Under the pieces are notes generated by a model, which saw only the letters and a list, made by a program, of their open reading frames with translations, searched no databases and was not told the DNA's origin. Both the position numbers and the translations under genes were made by a program. Shown here one piece after another: positions 28,325 through 42,091 of a stretch of 64,000 bases of DNA. The stretch's first letter is position 1. Every line of letters begins with the position of its first letter. Origin of the DNA: Eledone cirrhosa (Eukaryota); the NCBI GenBank assembly GCA_964016885.1, contig OZ024742.1:170128001-170192000 (forward strand), read 5' to 3'.

Positions 28325-28940
28325 CTGTTAGGGTGTCACTTTAGATGTTTGACTGCGTGTGTCCATCATGGCATTTTAATGGGCCTTAGAAATACTTGGC
28401 GGTGCCCATCTCCCTGTAACTGGTACAGCCTCTCATTGGGGTACCACTTTACATATTTTTCTGTGTACCCATGATGGCATTTCAGTGGACCTTAGAAATA
28501 TTTAATGGTGCCCATCTCCTTCAACTGGTGCTGCCAGTAGGAGTTTTCACAGACGTTTGACTGTGTGTGTCATTTTAATGAGCCTTAGAATTGCTTGGCA
28601 GTGCCTCTCTCCCTGTAACTGGTGCAGCCTGTTGTTAGGTACCACTGTAGCTGTTTGACTATGTGTCTATCATGGCATTTTAATGAGCCTTAGAATTGTT
28701 TGGTGGTGCCTCTCTCCCTGTAACCGGTGCATTCTATCGTTGGGGTGCTACACTAGATGTTTGCCTGCGTGTGTCTATCATGGCATTTTAATGAGCCTTA
28801 GAATTGTTTGGTGGTACCTGTCTCCTTGTAACTGATGCAGCCTGTCTTTGGGGTGCCACATTAGATGTTTGCCTGTGTGTGTTTATCATGACATTTCAGT
28901 TGCTCTTAGAAATACTTGGTGCTGTTCATCTCCTCTCCAG
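28325..28940 (+). repeat. About 88-bp tandem array, about 7 copies
   Basis: Direct. Confidence 0.88.
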
Positions 28941-29967
28941 ATACTAAGATTAGAAGATTAAAAAATTCTGATCATGACAATTTAAAATAAATTTGCATTT
29001 GTTCCTCTAATTAGCAACAGAGAGTGATAAGATAGGTTGAGTAGGGGTTGATATTTTTTAATGTATGTATGTGATGTGTATATACATATTTATGTAGGTA
29101 TGTCATGTCAAATATATTTAATGTGTAACATCCCTTCAGAGGTGTGGACTTAGCTGTTGTTACTTTTCATTCAACAAGAAGTATTTATCAGTTGAGCACT
29201 TTCTATTATCTCTAAATACAGTAAAATAATGTGTGTGTGTGTATGTGTAATGGTGTAATGTGTAGTGTGTGTATGTATGTATAATTGTGTGTGTGTTCCA
29301 GATAAGTGCCTGTCACACATCTTTTACTGCAGTTACCATGGTTACTATCCTAGGAGAAATTGACTCATCCCTAACTGTGTTCCTCTCTGGTTTGGAGGGG
29401 GGGGGCATAGTGCTAATGTGGGGAAGGAGAAGTGCTATTGAATTACAGAATCTGCACCAATTTCTTGCAGTCCTGTACATATATTGTAGCTGTACTGTGA
29501 TGGTGGAGGGGGAACAGACAGTCGGTCTGGCAAGGGTTCAACAGAAGATGTGGTAGTGGTGGTGGTGGTGTGGTACTGTGAGTATGAGGTGGTATTGGCA
29601 GATTGTGTGTGGGTGTGGGATGTTATTGGTGTATATGTATGTGTGTGCACGTGTGTGTGTGTATGTGTGTGCACGTGTGTGTATGTGTGTGCAAGACAAG
29701 AAATGTTGTTTCTTAGGAATTAGGTCAAACTATTTATTGAACATGCATAGAAGATTCTATTAGGTCTGAATGAATCAACATATTACACCCTGACCCCACA
29801 CCCCAGGGCTTTATTTTTTTCTTTCCACATGTTATATACCCTACCTCTTCACCTCTGTTGCCCCTCCTCTTCCTCCTATTATTCTAATTACCAAAAGTTC
29901 TTATCAATATATTAACTTCATTTTGTGGAAAAATTAACCTCATATATGTATGTGCATGTTTATGTAT

Positions 29968-30011
<44 letters not shown>

Positions 30012-31419
30012 ACATGTGTGTGTTGTGTGTAAATATGTGCATGTGTATATGCATGTATGCATATGTATATATGTATGTGTATATATGTGTTGAAGGCACT
30101 TGTAGTGCAATTTGCTGTCTTACTGGAGCAGTTGTTTTGTTGTTGTTGCTGCTGTTCTTTTCCTCCTCATTCTTCTTCTTCTTCCTCCTTTTCTCAAGAC
30201 TGGTTGTTGTACTGTTTTATTATTGCATTTATTAATCTATCTCCCCCTCACACATGGGCGCACGCACGCACACACACACACACACGCACACACACACAGA
30301 CATATGAACACACATTTTTTGCTTCTCTGATTTTGACCCAGTATATTATGTGGGACTGTTTAATGGTAGTAGTATTAGTAGCAGTAATGGTGGTAGTATT
30401 GATGTTGGTGGTGGTGTTGGTAGCATCAATGACTAAGTGCAATAGCTGTCTTTTAAGAAGTCCCTGAGTGTTTAACTTCCATCTGGGATATACACAATAC
30501 TACTCCATCCATCTTCAGTTCTCCCCTCATCTCCAGCTCACCCCTCATCACCCCTCCCATCATCTCCAGCTCCCCCTTCACACATTACCAACTCCCTCCT
30601 CATAATCTCTAATCCCTACTCAACTTCAACTCCCCACCCCCTGTCCAACTGTCCAAACTTCCATCTGGGATATACAGTGTTACATCCATCTCTAGTCCTC
30701 CCTCCAACCTTCACCTGTCATCCATCTCCAAATGCCCCCATCATCTATTTTTACCTCCAGGTGTCCACAACTTCCATCTAGGATATATACACAGATCTCT
30801 CACTACCTTTTGTTGTTGTTTTCTTCTTGAAGTCCTCTTTAAGATGTGGTACATCAATATGAGGCCCAGAGAGCCAATGGGAGACCTGAAAATATCTAAT
30901 AACCCTGCCACCCCATTTCCTTAAAAATTCTCCCCCTCCTCTAAATTTTGAGATGAGTTCCTGAATGGGAACAGTAATTCCACTTTGTGAAAGTTTTCAA
31001 TTTTAATAATTTTGTTTTGCTTTACCTAAGCAAGACAATAAAGTTACTAAAATGTGAGATGTTACAGAGAAGGGAGAAGGTCAAGTCAGAGAGAACATAA
31101 TTCAATGAGAAAGATGATGACTGTTGATGTTGCTTTTGAAATTTTGCAAATTGTAGTGGTCAGGAAAGCAACAAACCAGAAGAGAATTCCATAGGCAAGA
31201 TTTGTGAGGGGAAAAAAAACTATAAGAATAGTATTTGTGATAACATTTAGGAACTTTAATTGCAAAAAGATGAAATCTTGCCATAAATCTGCTTCTCCGT
31301 TTAAATTCATGAAGTTGAGGTGACAAAGAGGACAGCTCATCGGAACAATTCCCATGAAAATATTTATTGAAAAAAGGGACACATAGAGGCATCTGTTGAC
31401 AATTCCTCTTTGGATCTTA

Positions 31420-31570
31420 TCCACCCTGTTCATTGGTACTGTATTTTATTGATCCCTAGAAAGATGAAAAGCAAAGTTGACCTCAGCAAGATTTGAACCC
31501 AGAATGTAAAGGGGGTTGTAATTAAACTGCAAGGTATTTCATCCTGTGCTCTAACAGTTCTGCCAATCTA
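31420..31570 (-). mobile_element. Old family A SINE
   Basis: Core motifs present. Confidence 0.7.
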
Positions 31571-33001
31571 TCTCTTATGTTGATCTTCTCAATATGACAC
31601 TAAGCTGATTTGGACTTGGCATTATTCTATGAAGAAATCTGTGACTATTCCAACTTTGGAAGTTGTTTACTTGTATTTGTTGTTGTTGCTGTTTTGCCTA
31701 CCACCACAACCACCTCCATTTAGCCCTCATGGAGCAGATAAAAATCAAATACGTTCCAGCTGTGACCTTGTTGTTTTGTTTATCTTATCATACATAACTT
31801 CATTTTCTAATGTGTCCTCTTTTTTAAAATGGTGCTGTGTGAGTTGAGGAAGATTTGGCTGCTATTTCTAACAGGTTGAGGAACCATATAGAACAGGAGT
31901 CTCAAATACTTAGCCCACAAACTACTTTTCAATGGCCTAAGGCAGAACAATTTTTGTGACTAAGGAAAATTTGTAACGGAAAATTTCCTTCTCTCATCTC
32001 TGGACTGTTCTATAATCCTGCACATTGTATTTATTTTTAATAAAGTCAGTTAAAATAGTATCACTTTCCAATGGGAATATTGATCAAGTCATCTTCACAA
32101 GATTATATAACTATTGCTAACAGTTATCAACAACTCTTGATAAACAAAGGAAAGACTATACAGCTTTGAGATTTGGGTTATGTTAATGAGAAATTCATGC
32201 CATAACACAGAATTAATTGTCTAATAGCGTGGTTCAGTTTATTAGTATTTTTGTTTTTAATTGGGTTTTAAGAGACCTGTTGTTATTAGCTGAAATGATT
32301 CACAATTTCCTATTTGTTATAAAATTCTCAGGAATTATATAATTCTCAGGAAATTACATAATTCTCAGGAAAATTCAGCATATCCCTGACAATTACATCA
32401 CACAGTAATTATTGCTCTTGCCTAAAAAGTTTAGTAGACTTTATATCACAGCTGTTCCAGTGTGCACTTCTCTGGGTTCTAATATTTCGACTAGCCATAT
32501 GACTAGTGGTGTGAAACTGGGACACATCTACACATCTGTATCTGTCATATGTATTGTCTTGTTAATATGTATCATTCAGGTATACTCTACAATTATTAGA
32601 AAGATTCAGTGTGACAATTACAGATACAGTCCAGCTTCCAAAAGGTTTCCATCAATCCTATTTCACTCACATGGCTTGGGTTGACCTGAGGTAATGGTAA
32701 AAAAACACTCAGCAAAGTTGCCACACAGTGGGATGGAACTTGTGACCTTATGATTGTAAAGCAAACTACTTAACCATTTGGCCATGCTGTGTCCACACAT
32801 ATAGTTCATATGCCTGGTATCAACAGAGGAATGTTGTTTTTAAATTTCCCATCAGTTTAATTAACATCCATTTAAAACCCACCTTGTCTCTCATGAAGGT
32901 TCTGTTTTATGTGATGTGTAACAGATTCAGTAACTGCTTTCTCTCAGTTAATGATTAGCTCAGTTACAGTTTTTCTTAAATCACCCTAATCTTATATCAT
33001 T

Positions 33002-34098
33002 TTAACCCTTTTGCTATTGAATCACCTGATCCTCTAAGTTATGTTCCAAAAACCATCTTAGCCCTTTTGATACCAAACCACCCGAGATCACCTTGTTGTT
33101 ACTATACGAAACTTTGTTTTAAAGTGTTTATATTTATCTAAAAGCCTTCTATCATAATTCTATGTAAGAACTTTTGCTAAGCTATGTTCCAAACACCAGC
33201 TTAATAATTATTTCTACTATTGGCACAAGGGGAGGGAATGTTGATTACATCAACACTGGTAACTGACTGGTACTTTATTTTATCAACACTGGAAGGATGA
33301 AAGACAGTTGACATTAGTGAGATTTGAACACAGAACATAAAGGGCCATAACTAAATGTAAAACATTTTGTCTCGCACTCTACCGATTCTGCCAGTCCACC
33401 ACTCAACACCAGCTTAATAATGGTTTCTGATATAGGCACGAGACCAAATATTTTGTGGAGGGGAAAGTCAATTAAATCACCCCCAGTATGTAACTGGTAC
33501 TTTATTTTATTGACCCTGTAAGGATGAAAGGCAAAGCTAACTTTGGCGGGATTTGAACTCATGACATAAAGAGCCGCAAGTCTATGCCGCAAAGCATGTT
33601 GTCAATCACTCTACCAATTCTGCCAATAATAATGAGAAGGTTAGTTATATTGCTAAATCATTTTCAAATTCTTGAAAATCATAGTGCTTTTCTTGTTAGC
33701 CAGGAAAACAGACGTTAAATGATGACGGTGACAACGATGGTGAGATGATGGTAGTGATTATGATTTTGACAATAATGATGATAATAATTGTTTCTACTTT
33801 TGGCACAAGGCCAGAAATTACCCAGTGCATTACTAGTACTTTATTTTATCGACCCCGTAAGGATGAAAGGCAAAGTTAACCTCGGCGGGATTTGAACTCA
33901 GAATAGCAAGGGCCGTAACTCTATGCGTCAAATCATGGCGTCCGACCTTCTACCGATACTGCCAATTCACCGCCTAATAATGACAATGATTATGATGGTG
34001 ATAATAACAATATTGATGATGATGGTGATAATAACAATGATGATGATGTTAATGACGATGATGACAGTACTGATGATAATAGTAAATGAAAGGGTTAA
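33002..34098. mobile_element. piggyBac-like MITE (TTAACCCTTT...AAAGGGTTAA) with three nested family A SINEs (33205-33400, 33415-33625, 33783-33975, all minus)
   Basis: TTAA-flanked CCCTTT/AAAGGG ends. The same AAAGGGTTAA terminus or AAGTTATGTTCCAAACACC internal motif recurs near 1450, 4720, 8800-9300, 13300-13500, 18560, 24060 and 26615. Confidence 0.6.
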
Positions 34099-34177
34099 AC
34101 TCATTAACGACACTTGCTGAATTATAGCGATATGGTTATATCATTTCATGCTGTAATTTCGAGGTTTTAGCTTAGAA

Positions 34178-34228
<51 letters not shown>

Positions 34229-34371
34229 CAAGAAAATATTTAATGAATAGAACTATATGTGGAATGTTCTGTTGTTTGTTGCAGTGAACCGTTGATAGAA
34301 TGAAATAGAGAAACATACAGGATATCTCTAATTGATGTTTCTCAGCTTACATTGTGATTTCTATTACATCA

Positions 34372-34385
34372 GTTGCTATGGTAAC
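34372..34385. promoter_or_regulatory. Consensus RFX X-box GTTGCTATGGTAAC
   Basis: Exact match to the GTYNCYATRGYAAC consensus in unique sequence; function unproven. Confidence 0.35.
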
Positions 34386-37361
34386 TGTCCCTATTGCATA
34401 ATCATTTCCGATATTTTCTCAACCGGATAGCTATTGATATCTCATTATTACTGCTGTGTTTCATCTCCGTACATGTACAATGAGATATATTGTACCTATT
34501 GACCAAATTGTAGCTATCTCTTTAACATAACTTTAAGCTAAATCCTATAATGAGCAATTTTTTTTTTTTGTAGTAGTAGTAGTTGTAGTAAAGTAATATC
34601 GTTAGAACATCAGATAGAATGCTTTGTAAATATTCATTCTAGTTCTCTGCCCTTTGAGTTCAAATCTTGCCGAGGTCAGCTTTACCTTTCTATTTCAAGG
34701 TTGATAAAAAAAAAAAAATATATACCAGTCCAGTACTTGGGTTAATTCTTCCTTTCTCATGTTCTCTCTTCCCTTCTCTAGAAGACTGGGATTAGACCTG
34801 GAGAAGGGTAGGTCTCTGCCAGGTTTAAAATGCCCAAGACACCCTGTTTGCCATTACAGTGCTCCAATGACTCCATCAGAAGTTACATACATGGATTTTA
34901 TTTTTTATGAATCATATGAAAAATCTGCATCTATTTATGATTGTTTTCAATTTGCGGATTCCCCAAAATGAGATTTTAGATGTTATTTTGTGCACAATTT
35001 AATTGATACGATAAAGCACAGATGAGTTAAGAGAAAAAAATCTGATTATAAGAGGTATCAGATGATGTATACAAGAGAGAAGTTGTGTTAATATGGACTT
35101 TTAGTGAATATGGAGGATGGTTGTTGGATTTAGTGCTAGGAGATGCCAGTGGAAGAGGGTGATGAAAAAGGAAGACCAAGGCAGAAGTGGTGAAAGCTAA
35201 TCTTAGAAGGCTTAATTTCTGACACCTTATAAACCACTAAAAGCTGGGATTGTTAACTGGGGGTATGGGTCAATTAAATATGAAATATCTTTGATATTTT
35301 TTCCTGTTCTGTTTTTGGTAATCCGTTCATAATGATCAGCTTTTTTCTTCTATCAGGAGTTGCAACTGGCAGCTCATATCAGCAATAGAAAGAGGGATGG
35401 AAACAGTATTTCCTTGGTCCGATCTGATGATCAGCTCCTTTCTTTTGTCAGGAATTGCAACTGGCAGCTAGTACTAGAACTGAAAGACTAAAGGAAACAC
35501 CTTTTTTTTAAAAAGTTTAGTAGCTTTTAGATCTCAGCTGTTCCATCCAGTGTGCACCACTTTGGGTTCTACTATTTTGACCAACTATATGACTAGTGAT
35601 ATGAAACTTGTATCTGGGACACGCACACCTACACAACCATATCTGTCATGTGTGTTGTCTTGTTAGTATGATTCAGATATACTCCACAACTATCTCTTAT
35701 GATTCATCTCCTTAATGTGGCCTCTTCAAGATTAACATCTTATCTCTCACGTTGCTCTTTTACAACATGGCATCTTGTATACAAAATAATTACTATTTAT
35801 AAATTTATAAAATAGTTTCTGTTAGTCATGTTATCCTAGTTTTTTTTTTTCTAGTTTTTTTTTTTTAACATTGCAAAACCAATTTGTTTACCTCGTTTGT
35901 GTGCCTATGCGTTTCAGTTTTCAATGTTGAGTTCTAGATTACAGACAGACTTCATGAATCTGTCAGTGACGTCCACACATGTTTATTTATCGACCGCACA
36001 AGCATATTTTTAAAGCTTTATTATCTATAAATAATCTTGATGTAATGTTTCTTAAAAAATCCAAGTTAGCTGACGAACTTTACCGATATTCATCTCCTAT
36101 TCTGATTACATTCTTTAAGTGTATATTGGTATCGATAGAAGCAAACTTTTCATTTGAATATTAACATTAAAGTCTTCCTCCATGCTGTCATTGTTGACAT
36201 ATAAATTACAATGTTAGAAATCCGACTCCTAGCAGAGCCGTGATTGTATGCCTTCCAAAATACATTTTAAATTTGTGAAGGGGAATTAATAAAAGTGCAA
36301 TCAGAGGTATATATGTGTTTATATATATCTATGTCGTATAACTAATGGTTTCGAAACATTTTGTTGGGGTGTGTCGGAGGGCATTCAACATTAAGCTAAA
36401 CACATCTATGGTAAATATATATGAGGTTCATAGAAAATGTAGGAAACTCGAGGCAGAAAATAATTGTAAATACTGGGTTGCTATAAATAGCTTAGAAAAT
36501 CGGGTAAAGACTCTTTGTTAAACCCCCCCCCCCCCCCCCTCCGGTGGTGGTGGTATAGCAGTAGCCAGCAGTCGTTATTTTATTTCAGTAGAATGTATTA
36601 AATAAAACACAAGTTATATACACAATTTATGTATAAAAAAAACTCAAACAAGGAAAAGGTTGAAGATCTGCACACTCAATCACGCACAAGGCGCGCTGGA
36701 GTTTCCCTCTAATAACTTTTGAGCCAAGCTAACACATTCACAATGTTGCCCCAGATGATAGCCAGGCTAAAACGCTGGAAGGCGGGGTTGGGGTGACTGA
36801 GTTGCAATCAGGGGCCCCACAATATTTAAAGAGCTGCAAATTAATTTTTTTGCTATCTAGTGATTAATGATCATAATGTTGTGGGTTCGATTTCTGAGCC
36901 AAGTTATCTTCTTGAGTACACTTTTTTTCACGTTTCTCCAGTATACTCAGCTGAAAACAAGTACTAGCAGTAGCTGGACCTTTAACCGTGATGAACTGGT
37001 ATCTTATCCAGGAGGAGTTTTGTATTCTCAGTTGTTTAACGCTAAGAAACTCGGGATAATCACCACCCCAATGAACTTCCGGGCTTGAGACAGATTTTAG
37101 ATTAGACGTCAATAATACGTAAGTCTTGATGAAATTTTCAGCCAGGGACTGTCTTATCTCTCCCAGCACGATGTATCTACTGACTTCTTATAATCCCTGA
37201 TAATACTTTACTCTCTCTCGTGTGTGATAATGTTTTGAAGGCAGTGTTTCTATTTGACCACAGAGTTGACTGTAATATGATGTAATCAATGTTACATTTT
37301 TATAAAGTTAATTTTATAATTATTTAGTACTAGTGAGCCCATGTCGTCAACATTGAAAGTG

Positions 37362-37415
<54 letters not shown>

Positions 37416-39109
37416 TCTTTCCTTGCGTCTCTGTCTTTCCCCCTCCTCCTCTCTCTCTTAGTACAGCAACAGAGCATCTTTGGGGAACACGAAGAGGGGA
37501 TTTGTTAGAAAAACCATAAAAGTGATAGTTTCGCTCAGGAAGAAAAAAACAAACAAACAAACTTAGAGATACACGATACATATTATTGTATTAGATGATG
37601 GAAGGGGGATGCTCACATCCTAAACATATGCCACCAGCACCCCGGATATCCCCCCCCCCCCCTCCAAATGATCAACCATCTCAATTACACTTTATTACCA
37701 TGTCCAAGAAGAGACGGATTAGCATGAGGCTAGAAGTACTGACTGGGCTGTAGCCAGAGCCCGCTCCCCCCAATATTTAAAGGACCCCTAAATTATTTAA
37801 TTTCCTACCATAAATAATACGCAAGGGCTCTGATGAAATTTTCAGCCAAGGGCCTCCTGCAAGCTTAATCTTCCACTCCCTCTGGAAGTGCAATCACCAC
37901 ATGGAAAAAATTATGTTTATATTTTCGGAACATTTTTTTTTTTCTTTTTTAAGTCTCAGATATTTCCTTTTATTTATGCTCTGAGCTGTGGTGTTTTCTT
38001 TTGTGTAATTCTATAAAACTTAGAAAGAAAGACAAAAACAAAAAAGAAAACGCTCTGAAAGTCTGTGATGGGCCAAACAGACCAGACATTTTCTATCTGG
38101 GGCATAGTAGTAATGGTTACAGCTCATTGAAAACTAACCATCTCTTTCTCTCCCTCTCCGTGTGTGTATGTGTGTATATCAATAACATCTGGAGGAGTTG
38201 CTAGTTCGTAAAAAATAGTTTCCTTATCTAAATCACTTTTTATAATGTTTGTAAGATTTGGGTTATCAGTTGTCAGACGACTTGTTTATACTGAAATCAA
38301 CATTGATCCAGCAGATGTATGGCCAAAAGCGTTCCACTTGTGACCATCTCACCTTTTATTTTTCATGTATAGTATATCCATGATTACCTAATCAGTGGTG
38401 TGAGAGAAGATTAGCATTGAGTGGACATACAATTAAAGATGTTGCAGCTCTGACTATCTCGTCTTTTTTTATCCAAGCATAGTGTATCCAGAACTACATT
38501 TATCCAATTGTATCTTTAATTTTTTTAAAAATATTGTAAGGTATGATTTGAAAGATTTTGTTGCTATTTCTAGCAAAACTGTGACTTTGTGAACGCGCTC
38601 GACCACACTGTCCTTCTAATCCATTGTTTTTAAAGGTGAAACATCAGAATAAGGCGTGGCAATGTTTTGGTGGAACATGTGACATCAGAATGGGACGCGG
38701 CAATATTTTGATGGGACATATGACTTCAGAATGGGGCGTGGCAATATTTTGGTAGGGTCTGAGACTTCTGAAATGGCGTATATACTATGCTATAGACTAA
38801 CTTTGTCCGATCATGGCGGGGGTGGATGATAATGTAGAAAAACGAAGTGAAGTGTGAAAAACACTGCTCTAATTTCGCTGAAACTATTGCCTAAGATGTG
38901 GTTAGCAAGACCTCTTGAGTGTAAAATGGCAAACTTCTTACCACTTCTTACCACTCTACCAAAATCTTGTACTAAGTTGGCTAACAATGGAGATATTAAC
39001 GTTTTTGTTTTTTAATATCTTCTACGTCACCAGGTTGTTTTCAATAGGAAATTGTTGTTGGCTGCTTGGCAAGTATGTTTGTGAATTTTTACAAACATTT
39101 TAATAATTT

Positions 39110-39250
39110 TTTCTAACATTGACACACGGCCAGTAATTTTGGGGGAGGGTAAAGTCGATTATATCGACACCAGTACGTCACTGGTACTATATTCTATCCG
39201 TCCCGAAAGGGTGAAAACCAAAGTTGGCCTCGGTACGATTTGAACTCAAA
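39110..39250 (-). mobile_element. SINE family A fragment
   Basis: Core and tail. Confidence 0.7.
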
Positions 39251-40182
39251 ACTTATTGAATTTGTAGTAGAGATATACTAGATACCACTGATCTATATCT
39301 TCCATAATAATAAAGTCACAGAGAAAATCAATAAATATATAGAGAAACACATTCGCGATACGTATGGTTGATTGTTTCGATTATTATACAGATATAATTA
39401 TGGGTGGATTCCCGATGGGTATTGTGAGGTGACCACAGTTAAAAAAGGTACTCAATATGTTAGAGTATAAGCGTCTTTATTTTACAGAGAGAGAGAAACG
39501 TAGGTATGATTGTTTGGTTAAGATGTTCGTTTTGCACTTGCGTGTCGTCTATTATAGCCTCGGGTTGACAAATGCCTTGTGAGTGATATTTAGTAGACGT
39601 ATGTGTGTATGTGTATATATATATGTGTGTATGTGTGTATATATATTTATTTATTCTTAGAAAATGTAGAAATTTTAAACGCAGAAAATAACTAACCACA
39701 GTCGATTGCTATATGCAAAGCTTAGAAAAGCAGGTAAAATACCTCTATTGACGGGAAAAAGTGATCAGTAGCCGCTACGAAGTTTCAAATTCCTGCTGAG
39801 CGCGCAAAACCATTGAGCTGTGTATGTGGTAATGGTAGCGGTTCGTTCAAAGAGATCGATAAAATAAGTACCAGACTTGGGAGTGGGAAAATGATAAGGT
39901 CTTGCAGTCGTAATTATTCGGTCATACTTAATTATCTATGTTTCTGTATATTTTGTATATATGGACACTTAAATCCTGACATGGCGTCTTGAATATTTTA
40001 AACCTGGCGGAACTCATCAGCTCTGAACACAGCCAATTTCTTCAAGAGAATGAAAGAGAGGAAGTGAGAAAGAGATATAGAGAAAGAATCGATACTAGGA
40101 CTGGGCTCGGACTTTTTTTTTCTTTTTGATCTCGAAAGGATAAAAAGGCATGTGTGTATATTTATAAACAGCATTATATTAA

Positions 40183-40370
40183 GGTGGTGGATTGGCAGTA
40201 TCGGTAGAGGGTCGGACGCCATACTTTCCAGCATAGTTACGTCCCTTTACGATCTGAGTTCAAATCCCGCCGAGGTTGACTTTGCCTTTCATCCTTACGG
40301 GATCGATAAAATAAAGTACCAGTAATGTACTGGGTGATTGCTGGCCTTGTGCCAAAAGTAGAAACAATTA
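40183..40370 (+). mobile_element. SINE family A, young full-length copy
   Basis: A-box-like TGGCAGTATCGG, B-box GAGTTCAAATCCC, core and tail. Confidence 0.9.
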
Positions 40371-41134
40371 TATACAATATTGTCTATCCGTTTTCAAGGC
40401 TGTAAATCTCACCCCGATCTCTTTACTTTTAGTGAAAAATAAAGCAATATTTAACCCCCCTAAAAATATTTATTTTTTCATTTGTGCAGATTGTGTCAGA
40501 CAGAAAACTAGTAAATAGTCTGTTTGTGGTTTTGTATATTATTTTATTGGTTTTTTTTCTTTGTTCGTATATTTTCACCAAACTTTTTTCTGCTTTGGGT
40601 AAATGGTTAGATTAATGACATTGGTTGTGGTGATTTTATACAACGACGACGACTTATTTTTCCTGTTTTCCGTTTTGTCTTTCAAACCAACCATTGCCGT
40701 CGTCGTTGGGAGGTAAATTGTAGGAAACCCACAGGAAGTAGTTTGATATTTGGGAATGATTTCCGTTACTGCAAGCCTGGGAACACTGTCGAAGGTTAAC
40801 TGCAGAGTTTAATTGTCTATGAAACTGACGTGAAATCGGTGTGTATGAGAGAGAGGTGGGCTGTGATATAAAATAGCTCTTTTAGTACATTACAAATATA
40901 TTTTAAGGAAATTGACCATTACTGTAACTTCTAGACTAATTGTCAGAATAAAAATATTCATTTTCTTTTTATCTGAATATTGTCCTGCCCTGGTAATATT
41001 TAGTAATTGTATAGAAGAGAATCGGAGATGGCCACCAATAATATGAAACTGAAAGATACATAATTTTTCGCCAAAATCCGAATACATTTGTGAATTTTTT
41101 GTCAATTTTACAATAAAGGAATATTGATTTAAAA

Positions 41135-41295
<161 letters not shown>

Positions 41296-41414
41296 ACGTA
41301 AACAAGACCGTTATTGTTCCAACCATCGACTATAGCCCCATTACGTAATAGGCCTTGCTCAACTCTCTCCCGTACACCCTTAACCTAAAACCTTAAGCAA
41401 TTCCCCCAAGATAT

Positions 41415-41555
41415 ATATTCATTTTATTATGGCTTAATAAATGGAGTTTCGCCTGCTAATCACGGGTCATCAGACAGTTCCTGTTTGATGACCGTGATAG
41501 CAGGCGAAACTCCAGAGTAACAAGTCTAACTATTTAGCCTTAATAAAATGAATAT
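41415..41555. repeat. Fold-back palindrome containing degenerate hammerhead motifs on both strands
   Basis: Inner arms 41442-41514 and outer 15-bp arms. Plus: UUGAUGA...GAAA CUC CA GAG UA; minus: CUGAUGA...GAAA. Confidence 0.6.
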
Positions 41556-41664
41556 TTAAACTCTACTTTGGTATTGAGTACTCTTTTCTTTCGGCCGTCA
41601 GCTATATATATATATATATATATGGAGGAGGTTATAGTTCACTTGAAGCATTGTGTAATGAGGT

Positions 41665-42049
41665 ATAAACGTTTGAATATGTATAATAAAGCCAAAACAA
41701 TGCAGGTATGGACATAGAAAAAAGAATGCAATTGCAAAAGATATTGTTGACAAATCGTCTTTTACCTTAAATTTATTTAAATGTCCTTAATTTTCGAGAT
41801 AATATCTCTTCTTCAGAGGGAAATAAAGGTCTCAAACCAGCCTTCTAAATATCTTGGCTTGGCAAGATATTTAGAAGGCTGGTTTGAGACCTTTATTTCC
41901 CTCTGAAGAAGAGATATTATCTCGAAAATTAAGGACATTTAAATAAATTTAAGGTAAAAGACGATTTGTCAACAATATCTTTTGCAATTGCATTCTTTTT
42001 TCTATGTCCATACCTGCATTGTTTTGGCTTTATTATACATATTCAAACG

Positions 42050-42054
<5 letters not shown>
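41665..42054. repeat. Apparently perfect palindrome with 192-bp arms and a 6-nt loop; each arm carries a minimal hammerhead motif
   Basis: 41665-41856 is the reverse complement of 41863-42054. Plus motif: CCU CUGAAGA A GAGAU-AUU-AUCUC GAAA AUUA AGG at 41900-41934. Confidence 0.9.

Positions 42055-42088
<34 letters not shown>

Positions 42089-42091
<3 letters not shown>

Noticed and set aside
31086-31433. Hydrophobic 115-aa ORF
   Set aside because: Begins at a SINE edge, has AT-driven composition and no recognisable motif
40183-40270. tRNA genes
   Set aside because: A/B boxes belong to multi-copy SINE heads; no cloverleaf
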